In this document: positions 46,262 to 55,788 of the stretch, in pieces
How positions within the stretch are numbered: position 1 is the stretch's first letter
Layout: the number at the start of each line of letters is the position of its first letter
Source: Patescibacteria group bacterium
Lineage (GTDB): Bacteria; Patescibacteriota; Minisyncoccia; Moranbacterales; DUUL01
Assembly: GCA_034660175.1 (NCBI GenBank)
Contig: JAYEIQ010000009.1
Location: forward strand, 9,726 to 73,725
Length of the DNA stretch: 64,000 bases
Direction: 5' to 3'
Notes under the pieces: model-generated
Databases searched by the model: none
Told to the model about the DNA's origin: nothing
Seen by the model: the letters and a program-made list of their open reading frames with translations, nothing else
Translations under genes and position numbers: made by a program

Positions 46262-48081
46262 TATGGGGTAATAAAACTGTTATGCAGAAGAAATGTTGTT
46301 TAAAGAATCTTTATTCGAACAAAAAGCGACTTGTTGTGATCGCTCTTTTTGTAATTGTGATTGGAGCAATTTGGGTCAGGACATTTCATTATCATGAATG
46401 GTTGTTTTTCAAATGGGATCAGGCTCGTGACTCGATTTTGTTGGCACCAGCTATTGAGCATGGACCTGAGCATCTTCCTTTGCTTGGTCCACGAGCGACA
46501 AAAGTTGGTAATGACTATCTTCGTCTGGGACCAGCCTACTATTATACGCAATATGTTTCAGGTGTGGTTTTTAGCTCAACAAAACCAGATGTTTTTGCAT
46601 ATCCAGATTTGTTTTTTTCAATTCTCACAATACCTCTTTTGTATTTTTTCCTTAGGTTGTATTTTTCCAGGACCAACGCACTTTTGGCCGTACTAATGTA
46701 TACATTTTCATTTTTGATCATTCAGTACTCAAGATTTTCTTGGAATCCCAATTCAGTTCCTTTTTTCATAATCCTGTCTTTTTTTGGTCTTCTAAAATTC
46801 ATTGAAAGCAAGAAAGTTAAGCAGAGGATCGGATGGATTGCTTTGTGGGCAGGGGCATTTTCAATTGCTTCGCAATATCATTTCTTTGCATTCTTTTCTC
46901 TGACTGCAATAACTGCTATTTTCGTATTTTTGCACTACCAGTTGTGGAAACCTAAAGACATAGGAAGTAAAATAAAGACTGTTTTCTCCAAGAGAGGAAT
47001 TGCTGTTGCATTGACTGCTGTTTTTATTATAGGAGTTGCCTATACACCCGTGATAATTAGTGATGTTGTTACGGATGGAAGCAATGTGAAAAATTTCATT
47101 GGTGCTTTTAGCGAAAAACCCAAAAAAAATAAGACAACATGGCAGAAAATTGTAAGAAATTTTCGAGAACAACCAAAGCATTATTATCTTTTGATTACGT
47201 CTTTTCGACATCGAAAAGGAATGAAGGCTGATCCCGTCCCCGTTGGTTTTGGAACGGTATTTGTTGTTCTTGGACTTGCTCTTACTATTGCTCGAAGAAA
47301 AAAGGAGGAGTCAGCTCAGAAAAAGGCTTTCTTGCTTTTGGTATCTGTCTGGACAATTGTTTTTTTCTTGGTAACAATCCCGATGTCATATCAACTGAGA
47401 CCTCGCTTTTTTGTTGTGATATTTCCTATTCCGTACATATTTTTTGGGCTTTGGTTTGTTTTGTTCAAAGAAAAATTTGGCGATCGAGCAAAGCCGGCAA
47501 TTATTTCAATTGTTGCAATGATTTTGATTTTGAATGCTTATGGAACCTATGCTTGGTTTAGGGAAAATATGCTGTCACAGAACCATGCACTTGATACTGG
47601 CAGAACATATATTTTAAAAAAACAAGATGGAGTGACCCTGGGTCAATTGGAGAAAGTTACTGACTATATGTATGAAAACAGAAGGAGTGATGATTTCATA
47701 TATTACTCAAAACCGGAGTACACTATTTCCTTCAAATATCTTCTTTGGCAGAAAAACGATCCTTTAATTTCATATGATTTTGCTAACAGCACTCAAGATC
47801 TGAGAGGTCACGATTATGTCTTTGCAATCAACAGTGTTAGTGGCGGATTTGATTCGGTGTCTAAAAAAATTAAGGATTATGCAACAGTTATTTCTCAAAA
47901 ACAATTTGGACAACTTGTAGTTTTTGAAATGAAAATTGATCAGAACAAAATTCCAGCTCCGAAAGAAAAAAAGGCTGTTGCCGTTGAAGAGGAAGAAGGC
48001 AAAACAGAGCGTTTGTTTTGGCGGGACGTGTTTGGTCTCAGTTCAAAGGAAGTTGATTCGGAATTGGGTAAAAAAGAATAA
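46258..48081 (+). CDS. GT-C membrane glycosyltransferase (ArnT/PMT-like), paralog 2
   Basis: DQARD, LPLLGPR, LGPAYYY and YSRFSWNPN; start may be ATG 46282. Confidence 0.82.
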   Translation: MIWGNKTVMQKKCCLKNLYSNKKRLVVIALFVIVIGAIWVRTFHYHEWLFFKWDQARDSILLAPAIEHGPEHLPLLGPRATKVGNDYLRLGPAYYYTQYVSGVVFSSTKPDVFAYPDLFFSILTIPLLYFFLRLYFSRTNALLAVLMYTFSFLIIQYSRFSWNPNSVPFFIILSFFGLLKFIESKKVKQRIGWIALWAGAFSIASQYHFFAFFSLTAITAIFVFLHYQLWKPKDIGSKIKTVFSKRGIAVALTAVFIIGVAYTPVIISDVVTDGSNVKNFIGAFSEKPKKNKTTWQKIVRNFREQPKHYYLLITSFRHRKGMKADPVPVGFGTVFVVLGLALTIARRKKEESAQKKAFLLLVSVWTIVFFLVTIPMSYQLRPRFFVVIFPIPYIFFGLWFVLFKEKFGDRAKPAIISIVAMILILNAYGTYAWFRENMLSQNHALDTGRTYILKKQDGVTLGQLEKVTDYMYENRRSDDFIYYSKPEYTISFKYLLWQKNDPLISYDFANSTQDLRGHDYVFAINSVSGGFDSVSKKIKDYATVISQKQFGQLVVFEMKIDQNKIPAPKEKKAVAVEEEEGKTERLFWRDVFGLSSKEVDSELGKKE

Positions 48082-48093
48082 ATATTTTGAAAA

Positions 48094-49212
48094 ATGAAAC
48101 TATCTATTGTGCTGCCAACATTTAATGAGAGAGAAAATGTAGAGCCATTGCTCAATAGACTTTTTTATGTGATGGAAGAATTTAGTGGAGAATTTGAGAT
48201 TCTTTTTATAGATGACAGCACAGATGATACACCTGAAATAATCAAGGGTCAGATTGAAAAATACTCAGAAATTAGAATGATTCATCGCGTTGGAGACGAA
48301 TGCACCGGTTTGGCCACGGCATTTATACGTGGTTTTGAGGAGGCGCAAGGAGAGTACATTCTTTGCATGGATACTGACTTGCAGCATCCTCCTGAGAAGG
48401 CACCAGAGCTTCTCAGGAAGGCCATAGACGAAGAGGCTGATGTTGTTGTTGGTTCAAGATATATCAAGGGTGGGAGCGCAATTGGGCTTGGAAGCCTGAA
48501 AACTTTATATGGTATCTATCGTCGTGCTGTTTCTGTTGGATTGAAATATTTTATTCAGATTATTTTTATTCCAATAAGAAAAACAACAGATCCTGGCAGT
48601 GGTTTTTTTCTTTTCAGAAAAAGCATTCTGTCTGACGTGGAGCTTCAGCCAAAAGGTTTCAAAATTTTGATAGAGGTGCTTATGAGAGCAAAATATAGAA
48701 AAGTATCTGAAATTCCTATTGTTTTTGCAGTTAGGGAAAATGATGACAGTAAGGCGACTATTGGTCAAGGAATTGAATTTCTCAGACATGTATGGTTTAT
48801 CTTTCGCACAGTACCTGAAGCTGGAAGATTTTTAAAATTTTGCATCGTTGGTTCCAGTGGTGTTGTGGTTAATCTTGGAATTTTAATTTTGCTGGTGGAG
48901 TTATTTTTGACAGCCGAAAGACCTGCCTATGTCATTGCGGTGGCAGTTTCAATTTTGACAAACTACTTTTTCAATTCATTTTTTACGTATGGAGATAAAA
49001 AATCCTCTTCTCGTGCCGAAAGCATGAGAAGGGTGCTGTATTATTATGCAATTTCGGTGGCAGTGATGCTCTTTAATTTTGCCATTTTCTCTCTCGGACT
49101 ATCTTTTGGATTGCACTATATTGTATCAGCAATGATTGGAATCTTGATTGCTACGTTGTTAAATTTCATTCTCGCAACAAAGCTTGTGTGGAAGTTGCCA
49201 GTCAAAGCCTGA
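48094..49212 (+). CDS. Dolichol-phosphate mannose synthase-like GT2 fused to a GtrA-like domain
   Basis: LPTFNERENV, DDSTD, MDTDLQHPP, GSRY and GFKILIE, then RFLKFCIVGSSGVVVN and four TMs. Confidence 0.9.
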   Translation: MKLSIVLPTFNERENVEPLLNRLFYVMEEFSGEFEILFIDDSTDDTPEIIKGQIEKYSEIRMIHRVGDECTGLATAFIRGFEEAQGEYILCMDTDLQHPPEKAPELLRKAIDEEADVVVGSRYIKGGSAIGLGSLKTLYGIYRRAVSVGLKYFIQIIFIPIRKTTDPGSGFFLFRKSILSDVELQPKGFKILIEVLMRAKYRKVSEIPIVFAVRENDDSKATIGQGIEFLRHVWFIFRTVPEAGRFLKFCIVGSSGVVVNLGILILLVELFLTAERPAYVIAVAVSILTNYFFNSFFTYGDKKSSSRAESMRRVLYYYAISVAVMLFNFAIFSLGLSFGLHYIVSAMIGILIATLLNFILATKLVWKLPVKA

Positions 49213-49239
49213 TAGCAAAATTATCTCAAAGAGTGAGAG

Positions 49240-51438
49240 TTAAAATTTTTCATATTTTCTTACCCTGGCGCCGTTGCCGGTTTTTTTGTCGGTAAAAGAT
49301 ATAAACAGTGTGTTTTGATGTGTTGCTATCGAAGGATCGCCCTTGCCGTTTCCCTTGGATATTAATCCGTCCGGATTATTCTGGTCGAAAAGAGGCATCC
49401 ACTCTTCTCCGTTCCATCTTTCAACTCTCATCAACCACATATCGCTTGCAACCACCTTCTTAGTCAATTTCCCTTTTCTCTCTCTGTCTTTTAGGCTTTG
49501 AGCGTTTTCCTTAAAATAAGAGTATGCAACATAGATGTTGTCTTTGTCGGTCAGTTTGTTTCCAACAGCAACACAGCTTTCTATGTTCCTGTTCGATGAT
49601 ACGATTCCATCTCCTATGTTTTCCCAGTTTGAACCATTCCATTTTGTTGCATAGGTATTTTTATTGTTTTTTCCGGTATAGATTAAGATCAATTCATTTT
49701 TCTGATTTATTGCCAAAGAGGGGCTGGATCCAGCAATTTTAGTAGCAGTGTCATCTCTGTGAAAATTGTCCGAAACGTCACTCCAACTTTCACCATCCCA
49801 CTTTTTAACTCTGATGTGATTATTGTTATCAAGATCTTCAAAGGCTATAAAAATCGAAGTGTCTCTCTTTGAAGCAACGATATCTACCTCTGCTGCTCTT
49901 TTCTCGCTGACAACTCCCTCTGGGAATTGGGCATCGGCAACATTGCTCCAGCTTCTGCCATCCCATTTTTTTATTTTAATTTGGCATGTTTTCCTACATT
50001 CGGTATCATCTTGATCTCCACTTCCAAATGCCGCATAGAGATATTTTTTCGACCTGTCGAATGTGAGTACCGGCTCACGTCCTCTCAACTTGGAAATAAG
50101 GCCCAATGGAGATTGTGCATCCGAAAGATCACTCCAGTTTCCGCCATCCCATTTTTTAACTCTCGCCCTTGCTCCATTTGCAAGATCCTCAAAAGCAACA
50201 TAAACAGCATTACCGTTGATTTCAAGATAGGGATCACAGCCCTTTTGTTTGCTGATTAGTCCTTTTTGATGCTTTTTGTCTGCAAGATCATGCCAATTCT
50301 TTCCGTCGTACATTTTTATGTGAGCGCTGTTATTATATTTTCCGTCCTGAAATGCAAGATAAACTTGTCCACTTTCAGAGACAGCAATATTTGTTTCTGT
50401 GCCCTTTAATTCGCTTATTTTTCCATTTTTATTATTCTGATCAATTAGATCATGCCATAAAATTTCACCTTTCAGTGGATTGATTGGAGCAAGTTCGGAT
50501 ATTTCAAGCGAATGGTGATCGCTAATTTTTCTGGTCAGTTCGAATTGTCCATTTTCCGCTTTTTTATAAGAAACAGTCATTTTTAGATCATCACCATTCA
50601 ATAGTAATTCAAATTCAGCAAAATTTCCAAGAGAGTCAATATCTGTTAAACCTGCAACCGAAATATACGGAATGCCACCTTCCTTCCTTAGAGAATTCCT
50701 CGAACTGTTTCCGCTTATGACGGCAACAACGTTGTTATGCTTTTCGAAGAGCTCAGTTAACTTATCTGCGTTATGAAAATCTTTTCCCCAGCCACTTTTG
50801 GTTGGAATTGGGACTGGGCTATAATGTGAAAAAACCAGCACCGGCATCTCTGTTGTAAGTTCTTTTTTTAACCAATCCAACTCTTTTTTTCCCAGTCTTG
50901 CTCCGTCATATTCCTTATCGGATGCAATTTTATAGTTATTGTCCATGATTATCAACCTGACTCCGTTCGTGTCTTTGGATGTATAGCTATAGTTTATGCT
51001 CAGAGCCTTTCGTACTTCTTCCTTGGAAAGGTGTTTTAAATCTTGATTTCCGATGCAATACAGCTTTTTACTTTTTACTTTTTTAAAAATATTATTGATC
51101 TCTTTGAGTTGTTTTAGGGATTTGTCTTTTGTTACGTGAGAACCTTTGACATAGTCTCCTCCGCCAATCACAATGTCAGGCCTATTTTCTGCGTTGAAAT
51201 ATGAAACAATGTTTTCTAATTGTTCTTTCGCAGAAGAATTGAGATGACTTCCCGTTCTGGTTTGATTGCCATACTCCAAGTCAGTTATATAACCAATTCT
51301 CAAAGCTTCAGAATTGTGTTTTTTATCAATTAGGAGCTGTGTCACAACAAACATGACAACAACAAACATGGCAAGATAGGCCACTACCTTCTTTGCAAGG
51401 CTAACCTTACTGTTAATTGGATTTTTTACTGAAAACAT
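49240..51438 (-). CDS. Membrane-anchored degenerate metallophosphoesterase domain plus a seven-repeat beta-propeller
   Basis: N-terminal TM; TDLE/GDYVK/GNQD/SH/GNSS in place of DxH/GDxxD/GNH/H/GHxH; repeated (V/I)xKWDGxxWxDLxD...G.IS. Confidence 0.75.
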   Translation of the reverse strand: MFSVKNPINSKVSLAKKVVAYLAMFVVVMFVVTQLLIDKKHNSEALRIGYITDLEYGNQTRTGSHLNSSAKEQLENIVSYFNAENRPDIVIGGGDYVKGSHVTKDKSLKQLKEINNIFKKVKSKKLYCIGNQDLKHLSKEEVRKALSINYSYTSKDTNGVRLIIMDNNYKIASDKEYDGARLGKKELDWLKKELTTEMPVLVFSHYSPVPIPTKSGWGKDFHNADKLTELFEKHNNVVAVISGNSSRNSLRKEGGIPYISVAGLTDIDSLGNFAEFELLLNGDDLKMTVSYKKAENGQFELTRKISDHHSLEISELAPINPLKGEILWHDLIDQNNKNGKISELKGTETNIAVSESGQVYLAFQDGKYNNSAHIKMYDGKNWHDLADKKHQKGLISKQKGCDPYLEINGNAVYVAFEDLANGARARVKKWDGGNWSDLSDAQSPLGLISKLRGREPVLTFDRSKKYLYAAFGSGDQDDTECRKTCQIKIKKWDGRSWSNVADAQFPEGVVSEKRAAEVDIVASKRDTSIFIAFEDLDNNNHIRVKKWDGESWSDVSDNFHRDDTATKIAGSSPSLAINQKNELILIYTGKNNKNTYATKWNGSNWENIGDGIVSSNRNIESCVAVGNKLTDKDNIYVAYSYFKENAQSLKDRERKGKLTKKVVASDMWLMRVERWNGEEWMPLFDQNNPDGLISKGNGKGDPSIATHQNTLFISFTDKKTGNGARVRKYEKF

Positions 51439-53170
51439 CTTTCCAAGTTAATATTTTACTATCTTTCTCCTTCTTCTTTTCTTGAGAAAGTTTAAAACTT
51501 TTTTTATCATAGAGTAGTTCCCTTTTCGGCTCAACGTTCCGTACGGTAAGTGACTTGAATTCTCTTGATCCGGTCGTGACAAAGTTTTCTCGATAGTTTT
51601 CTGGTAGTTTCTTATTTTTTCGGGTGATAACAAAAAATTTGCAATCAAAAAGGTATTCATCGGAGCCAAAACTTTTAAATACTTTTTCGGGGTGATATAT
51701 TTTTCCCAGATATTTAATGCTGGATTTGCTTTGATAGTTCGAAAAATAATAACAGATATTTTTGTCTGGTTCAGCTTCTGATGTCATGTAAGTAATGCTT
51801 TCATTGATATGTCCATGAGTGATACGTTCTCTAAATGGTCTCATTTTGACATTTCGGAAGGACATTTCTTGTTTTTCGCCACTGCTTAGCGTTTTATAGA
51901 AAAAGATAAGGGCATATAAATTTGAAATGACGCCAAGTAGCACTATGAAGGCAGTAATTATCATGCCTGCTCTTTTTGTTTTAATTCTACAGAATAATTC
52001 AAAGCAATATGCTAAAACTAAAAAAGGCAAGGGGGCGATGGATAAAAAATAACGAGGTCTTTCCAATCTATCGAAAATTTTATAATATAATGCAAAAAAT
52101 ACCAAGGTCCAAATGATAGTCAATGCCATAAAGGATCTTTTCTTGCGTGACAGTTTCTTTCGTCTTTTCTTGAAAAACAATGCCGAACCAAAAAATATAA
52201 ACGAGAGAAGAAAGAATATCGTGCCTATTTTTTCGATATATGCTAATTCTTTGTCATTAAAAGAAGTGAGGGCCAGTGCATAGAACTCCCCTTCTCTTTC
52301 GATGACCTTTTGCAATTTAGCTAGAACTGGCTTTTCTTCTTTCTCAATTTGAAGATTTGCAACAAATCTTCTTATGTTATCTCCTTTGTTCGCAAAGTCA
52401 CTTATAATGACTGGTGAATACACGAGGATGAAAATTATTGCACTGGCAAACCAATACTTGAGTTTTATGTTCTTAGGACGGAAAAATAACCAAAAAATAG
52501 CAGTCAATAGGGGAAAACCGAAAAATGCGATTAAGTGCAACTGCGTCACAACTGCCAAGGCAAAAAAACAGACTAAGAGCCATAGACCGGCTTTGAGTTT
52601 GTCTTTTTCAAAGCTAGCTCTCCACATTCCTAAGATAAATAGCAATTCCCAAAAAATGAGCTGGTTGGTGTTCCAGGCAAATCGCGAATATTGAATCAGG
52701 ATAAATGAAAATGCAAACGTTGTCGTAATAGCCAGACTAATTTTTTTGTTAAAAAAGCAACGAGACAAAAGGAAAAAAATAAATATAGCCAATGTTGAAA
52801 AAAATAAATCCGGTACAGCAAAAACCCAAGGTTTTACACTTGAAAAAATAAGCGAAGAAAGGTATTGAAAATAATAGTAGATTGGGCCTAAGTGAAATTC
52901 ATCGCCTTTATTTTCGTTGTCAAGTTTGACTGTGTCTCCCATTCGAGGGCCAAGCAGACGCAAATCGCCGGGTCCTTTTTCAAAGGCTGTCTGTGCGAAA
53001 GTGGCATCCCTGATTTGATCAGATCTGACAAGCAAGAAGTCTTCGAAATTGTACACTCTCAGGAAAAACGAAAACATGACAATCACAGCTAGTAGCCACC
53101 AATGCCAGTTAGATCTGAAATGAAATTCAAATGAGTTTTTTTGTTCCCTTTCCTCTGTTCTGCTATTCAC
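51413..53170 (-). CDS. GT-C membrane glycosyltransferase (ArnT/PMT-like), paralog 3
   Basis: DQIRD, LRLLGPR, LGPIYYY, YSRFAWNTN and QLH. Confidence 0.82.
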   Translation of the reverse strand: MNSRTEEREQKNSFEFHFRSNWHWWLLAVIVMFSFFLRVYNFEDFLLVRSDQIRDATFAQTAFEKGPGDLRLLGPRMGDTVKLDNENKGDEFHLGPIYYYFQYLSSLIFSSVKPWVFAVPDLFFSTLAIFIFFLLSRCFFNKKISLAITTTFAFSFILIQYSRFAWNTNQLIFWELLFILGMWRASFEKDKLKAGLWLLVCFFALAVVTQLHLIAFFGFPLLTAIFWLFFRPKNIKLKYWFASAIIFILVYSPVIISDFANKGDNIRRFVANLQIEKEEKPVLAKLQKVIEREGEFYALALTSFNDKELAYIEKIGTIFFLLSFIFFGSALFFKKRRKKLSRKKRSFMALTIIWTLVFFALYYKIFDRLERPRYFLSIAPLPFLVLAYCFELFCRIKTKRAGMIITAFIVLLGVISNLYALIFFYKTLSSGEKQEMSFRNVKMRPFRERITHGHINESITYMTSEAEPDKNICYYFSNYQSKSSIKYLGKIYHPEKVFKSFGSDEYLFDCKFFVITRKNKKLPENYRENFVTTGSREFKSLTVRNVEPKRELLYDKKSFKLSQEKKKEKDSKILTWKDVFSKKSN

Positions 53171-54233
53171 TTTTTTCCTTTATTTTCACACTGCTGTTGT
53201 TGCAAACCGCAGTTTCTTGATTTAAGGACATGGAAACAAGAGTTCCGTCTCTTTCTTCCACATAATAGACTTTGACCTTGGACTCATCGTTGGTAATGAT
53301 CACTTCGCTGAAAACACCTGCATCTTTAAATCTTTGATGTGCCTCCAGTCTCCTGTTGTCTTTATAGAAGCCTTGCAGCACATAATAATCAACGCCATCT
53401 GCTTCCAGTGCACAAAATTCTTCAATATGTCCAGAGAAGACTGCTCTTACTTGGTATTTCGAAAAAATAGCTCTTACTTCTTTCGCATTGAACATCATTT
53501 CGCTTTCATTTCTTCCAACGGCATCATCAATTGGTGGTTGATGAACAAAGACAATTTTAACAAAATCGTTGGATTTTTGCAGCAGCTTTTCGAGCCACCT
53601 CAGTTGTTTTTGATCTATGAATCCCTGATAGTATTTGTTTTCATCCGGACCAACCGGTCTTGGATCTTCTTCTGTTGATGGTTTGTAATTGCCATCAAGA
53701 ACAAATATCCTGTAACCATCAACATCAAAGCTATAATATGCCTTTTTGTAGCCAACGGTTTCTAGCCATTTTTCTTTTGGAAAATTATCCGCTTCATGAT
53801 TTCCCAAGACGTGATATTTTGGAGCATCAACCTGTTCGTATAATTCTTTGGCCAACAAAAAACTCTCGAAAGGCCGATCGTCTCTGCCATCAGTTAAATC
53901 ACCGCCCTCGATCACAAAATTTGGTTTAAACTCTTCATTCATTTGTCTGGCAAAAGCATTCAGCGGATCTTTGCATCGCCAGTTCGGTTCCCATTTTCCA
54001 TTTTCTTTATTTATCTTTGAATAGCAATGGGCATCGGTAATATAACCGATTCTCAACGGAGCAAGCTTTTTTTGTGTGGTCTTGCTTCTTGAGAAGATTT
54101 CTTCTTTTTCAGTTACAATTTTTTGGTTGTCAAAATATGAAAAAAATGCAAACCCAGTCAGCATAGCAATGGCAAACATAACAAGATATGGCCACAGCGA
54201 TCTTTCGCCATTTTTTTTATTCTCTTGAGTCAT
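53163..54233 (-). CDS. Membrane-anchored calcineurin-like metallophosphoesterase
   Basis: TM segment, then ITDAH, GGDLTD, LGNHE, VHQP and SGHIE. Confidence 0.88.
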   Translation of the reverse strand: MTQENKKNGERSLWPYLVMFAIAMLTGFAFFSYFDNQKIVTEKEEIFSRSKTTQKKLAPLRIGYITDAHCYSKINKENGKWEPNWRCKDPLNAFARQMNEEFKPNFVIEGGDLTDGRDDRPFESFLLAKELYEQVDAPKYHVLGNHEADNFPKEKWLETVGYKKAYYSFDVDGYRIFVLDGNYKPSTEEDPRPVGPDENKYYQGFIDQKQLRWLEKLLQKSNDFVKIVFVHQPPIDDAVGRNESEMMFNAKEVRAIFSKYQVRAVFSGHIEEFCALEADGVDYYVLQGFYKDNRRLEAHQRFKDAGVFSEVIITNDESKVKVYYVEERDGTLVSMSLNQETAVCNNSSVKIKEKSE

Positions 54234-54245
54234 CTTATGTTCAAA

Positions 54246-55769
54246 TTAATCATTATTAAGTTTTTCTTTCTCCCAATGCCAGATTTGAACCTTGTCGTTG
54301 GTATATTTTGTCTTGATCAGGGAAAATTCGTTTTTAATATGTTTTTTTGCGTCGCTTTTGATGTTGAATTCACCATCGGTGTTGATCAGCCAGAGTCCAT
54401 CATGTTTTTTCTGGATCTCCTCTAGTTTTTCGAGCGTTAATTTATTTCCAGCTCCATATTCCAAGATCTCTCTATTGGCGCCCTTGACATTGAAGCTCAT
54501 AAATTTACGCATAAGAATAGCTTCATCCGGGTCACTTTTTTTAAGGAAATAATTGTATGCTTCTCGGTAATTTGAGTAATCCCAATGCCTGGGATTTTGA
54601 TAGAAGCTGTCGGAAGAAATAAAAAAAGGAAGATTAATCAGGATGAGAATGAAATATGCCAATGTTAATTCAAGTGACAACTTGCTTCTGGAAAAAACTT
54701 TTTCCGAAACAATTTTTGCGACAAAGTATATTCCTGCTGCCATGATCACTACCTTGAATGGTTGGGTGAAATAGATATATTGATGTCCCGCACTTCTGTC
54801 CCAAAGAAAGATTGCCGAAAGAAGAGGAGTCAGAAAGGACAAGATTGTCCAGACTCCAACATTTCCATATTTTTTAATGAGATAATAGCAACCAAAAAAG
54901 AAAAATGTAAGTGCCAAAAGCTCGTGTCTATAGTCCAAGGAAATCTTTTCGAGATAGCTCCAAGTACTTTTTCCAAGTTCAAAGAAATTTGCTGCCTGTC
55001 CGAAAGTCTTCGTTTGTGACATTCCGGCAATCAACACTACCAACAAGCCCAAATACAGAAAGTATTTGTTCTTGCTGATCGCTAACTTTTTTTTGTGTGC
55101 AACGATTGCCATTATGACGAGATAGGCAATTATCGTGGAGACGATGTTGACAGTCAACAAATGAGTCAAGAGAGCCAAGACTCCCAGAAGGAGCATTAGT
55201 GGCAAATAAAAAAGGTTTAGTCCTGTCTTTCGGGAAAGATTAACGAGAATTTTTGGGACGGTTAAATATTTTTTTGATTCCAAGAATTGAAAGATAATAT
55301 AGGAAAAGAGAAAATATACAGGTGCAAACATTGAATACATGCGAAGTTTTCGGTCAAACATCAAGGCCGAGACGCTCATCGATAGCAAGAAAGCCGACAT
55401 TAACGCAATGTAGATATTTTTTGTGATCCAAAAAGTAACAAAAAAGATCGTGGCAACTCCAAGCAATCCCCACATGACACTTACCAAACGAGAATTTTGT
55501 TCTGTCGGCTCAAAAAATTTGAACAATTGGGCCACTTGCCAATAATAAACTTGTCCGCGCGTGTAGTCCCTGTCAGTTATTGTTTCGGAGTTGAAGTCCC
55601 AATATTTCCATTGCCCCGTTTGATGGAGTCCATAACTGACATTGATGCCAATATATTCATCGGCAATGAATGACTGGTTTCCGAGCTTGTATATACGAAG
55701 AAATCCCGCAAGTAGCAGGATTAGTAACAATATCAGCAAATGTTTTTTGGAAATGAAAAGTTTATTCAT
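54246..55769 (-). CDS. GT-C membrane glycosyltransferase (PMT_2-like)
   Basis: LRIYKLGNQSFIADE, RLVSV, RKLRMYS and LTH; many TM segments. Confidence 0.8.
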   Translation of the reverse strand: MNKLFISKKHLLILLLILLLAGFLRIYKLGNQSFIADEYIGINVSYGLHQTGQWKYWDFNSETITDRDYTRGQVYYWQVAQLFKFFEPTEQNSRLVSVMWGLLGVATIFFVTFWITKNIYIALMSAFLLSMSVSALMFDRKLRMYSMFAPVYFLFSYIIFQFLESKKYLTVPKILVNLSRKTGLNLFYLPLMLLLGVLALLTHLLTVNIVSTIIAYLVIMAIVAHKKKLAISKNKYFLYLGLLVVLIAGMSQTKTFGQAANFFELGKSTWSYLEKISLDYRHELLALTFFFFGCYYLIKKYGNVGVWTILSFLTPLLSAIFLWDRSAGHQYIYFTQPFKVVIMAAGIYFVAKIVSEKVFSRSKLSLELTLAYFILILINLPFFISSDSFYQNPRHWDYSNYREAYNYFLKKSDPDEAILMRKFMSFNVKGANREILEYGAGNKLTLEKLEEIQKKHDGLWLINTDGEFNIKSDAKKHIKNEFSLIKTKYTNDKVQIWHWEKEKLNND

Positions 55770-55788
55770 GCTTTACAGTATGATAACA

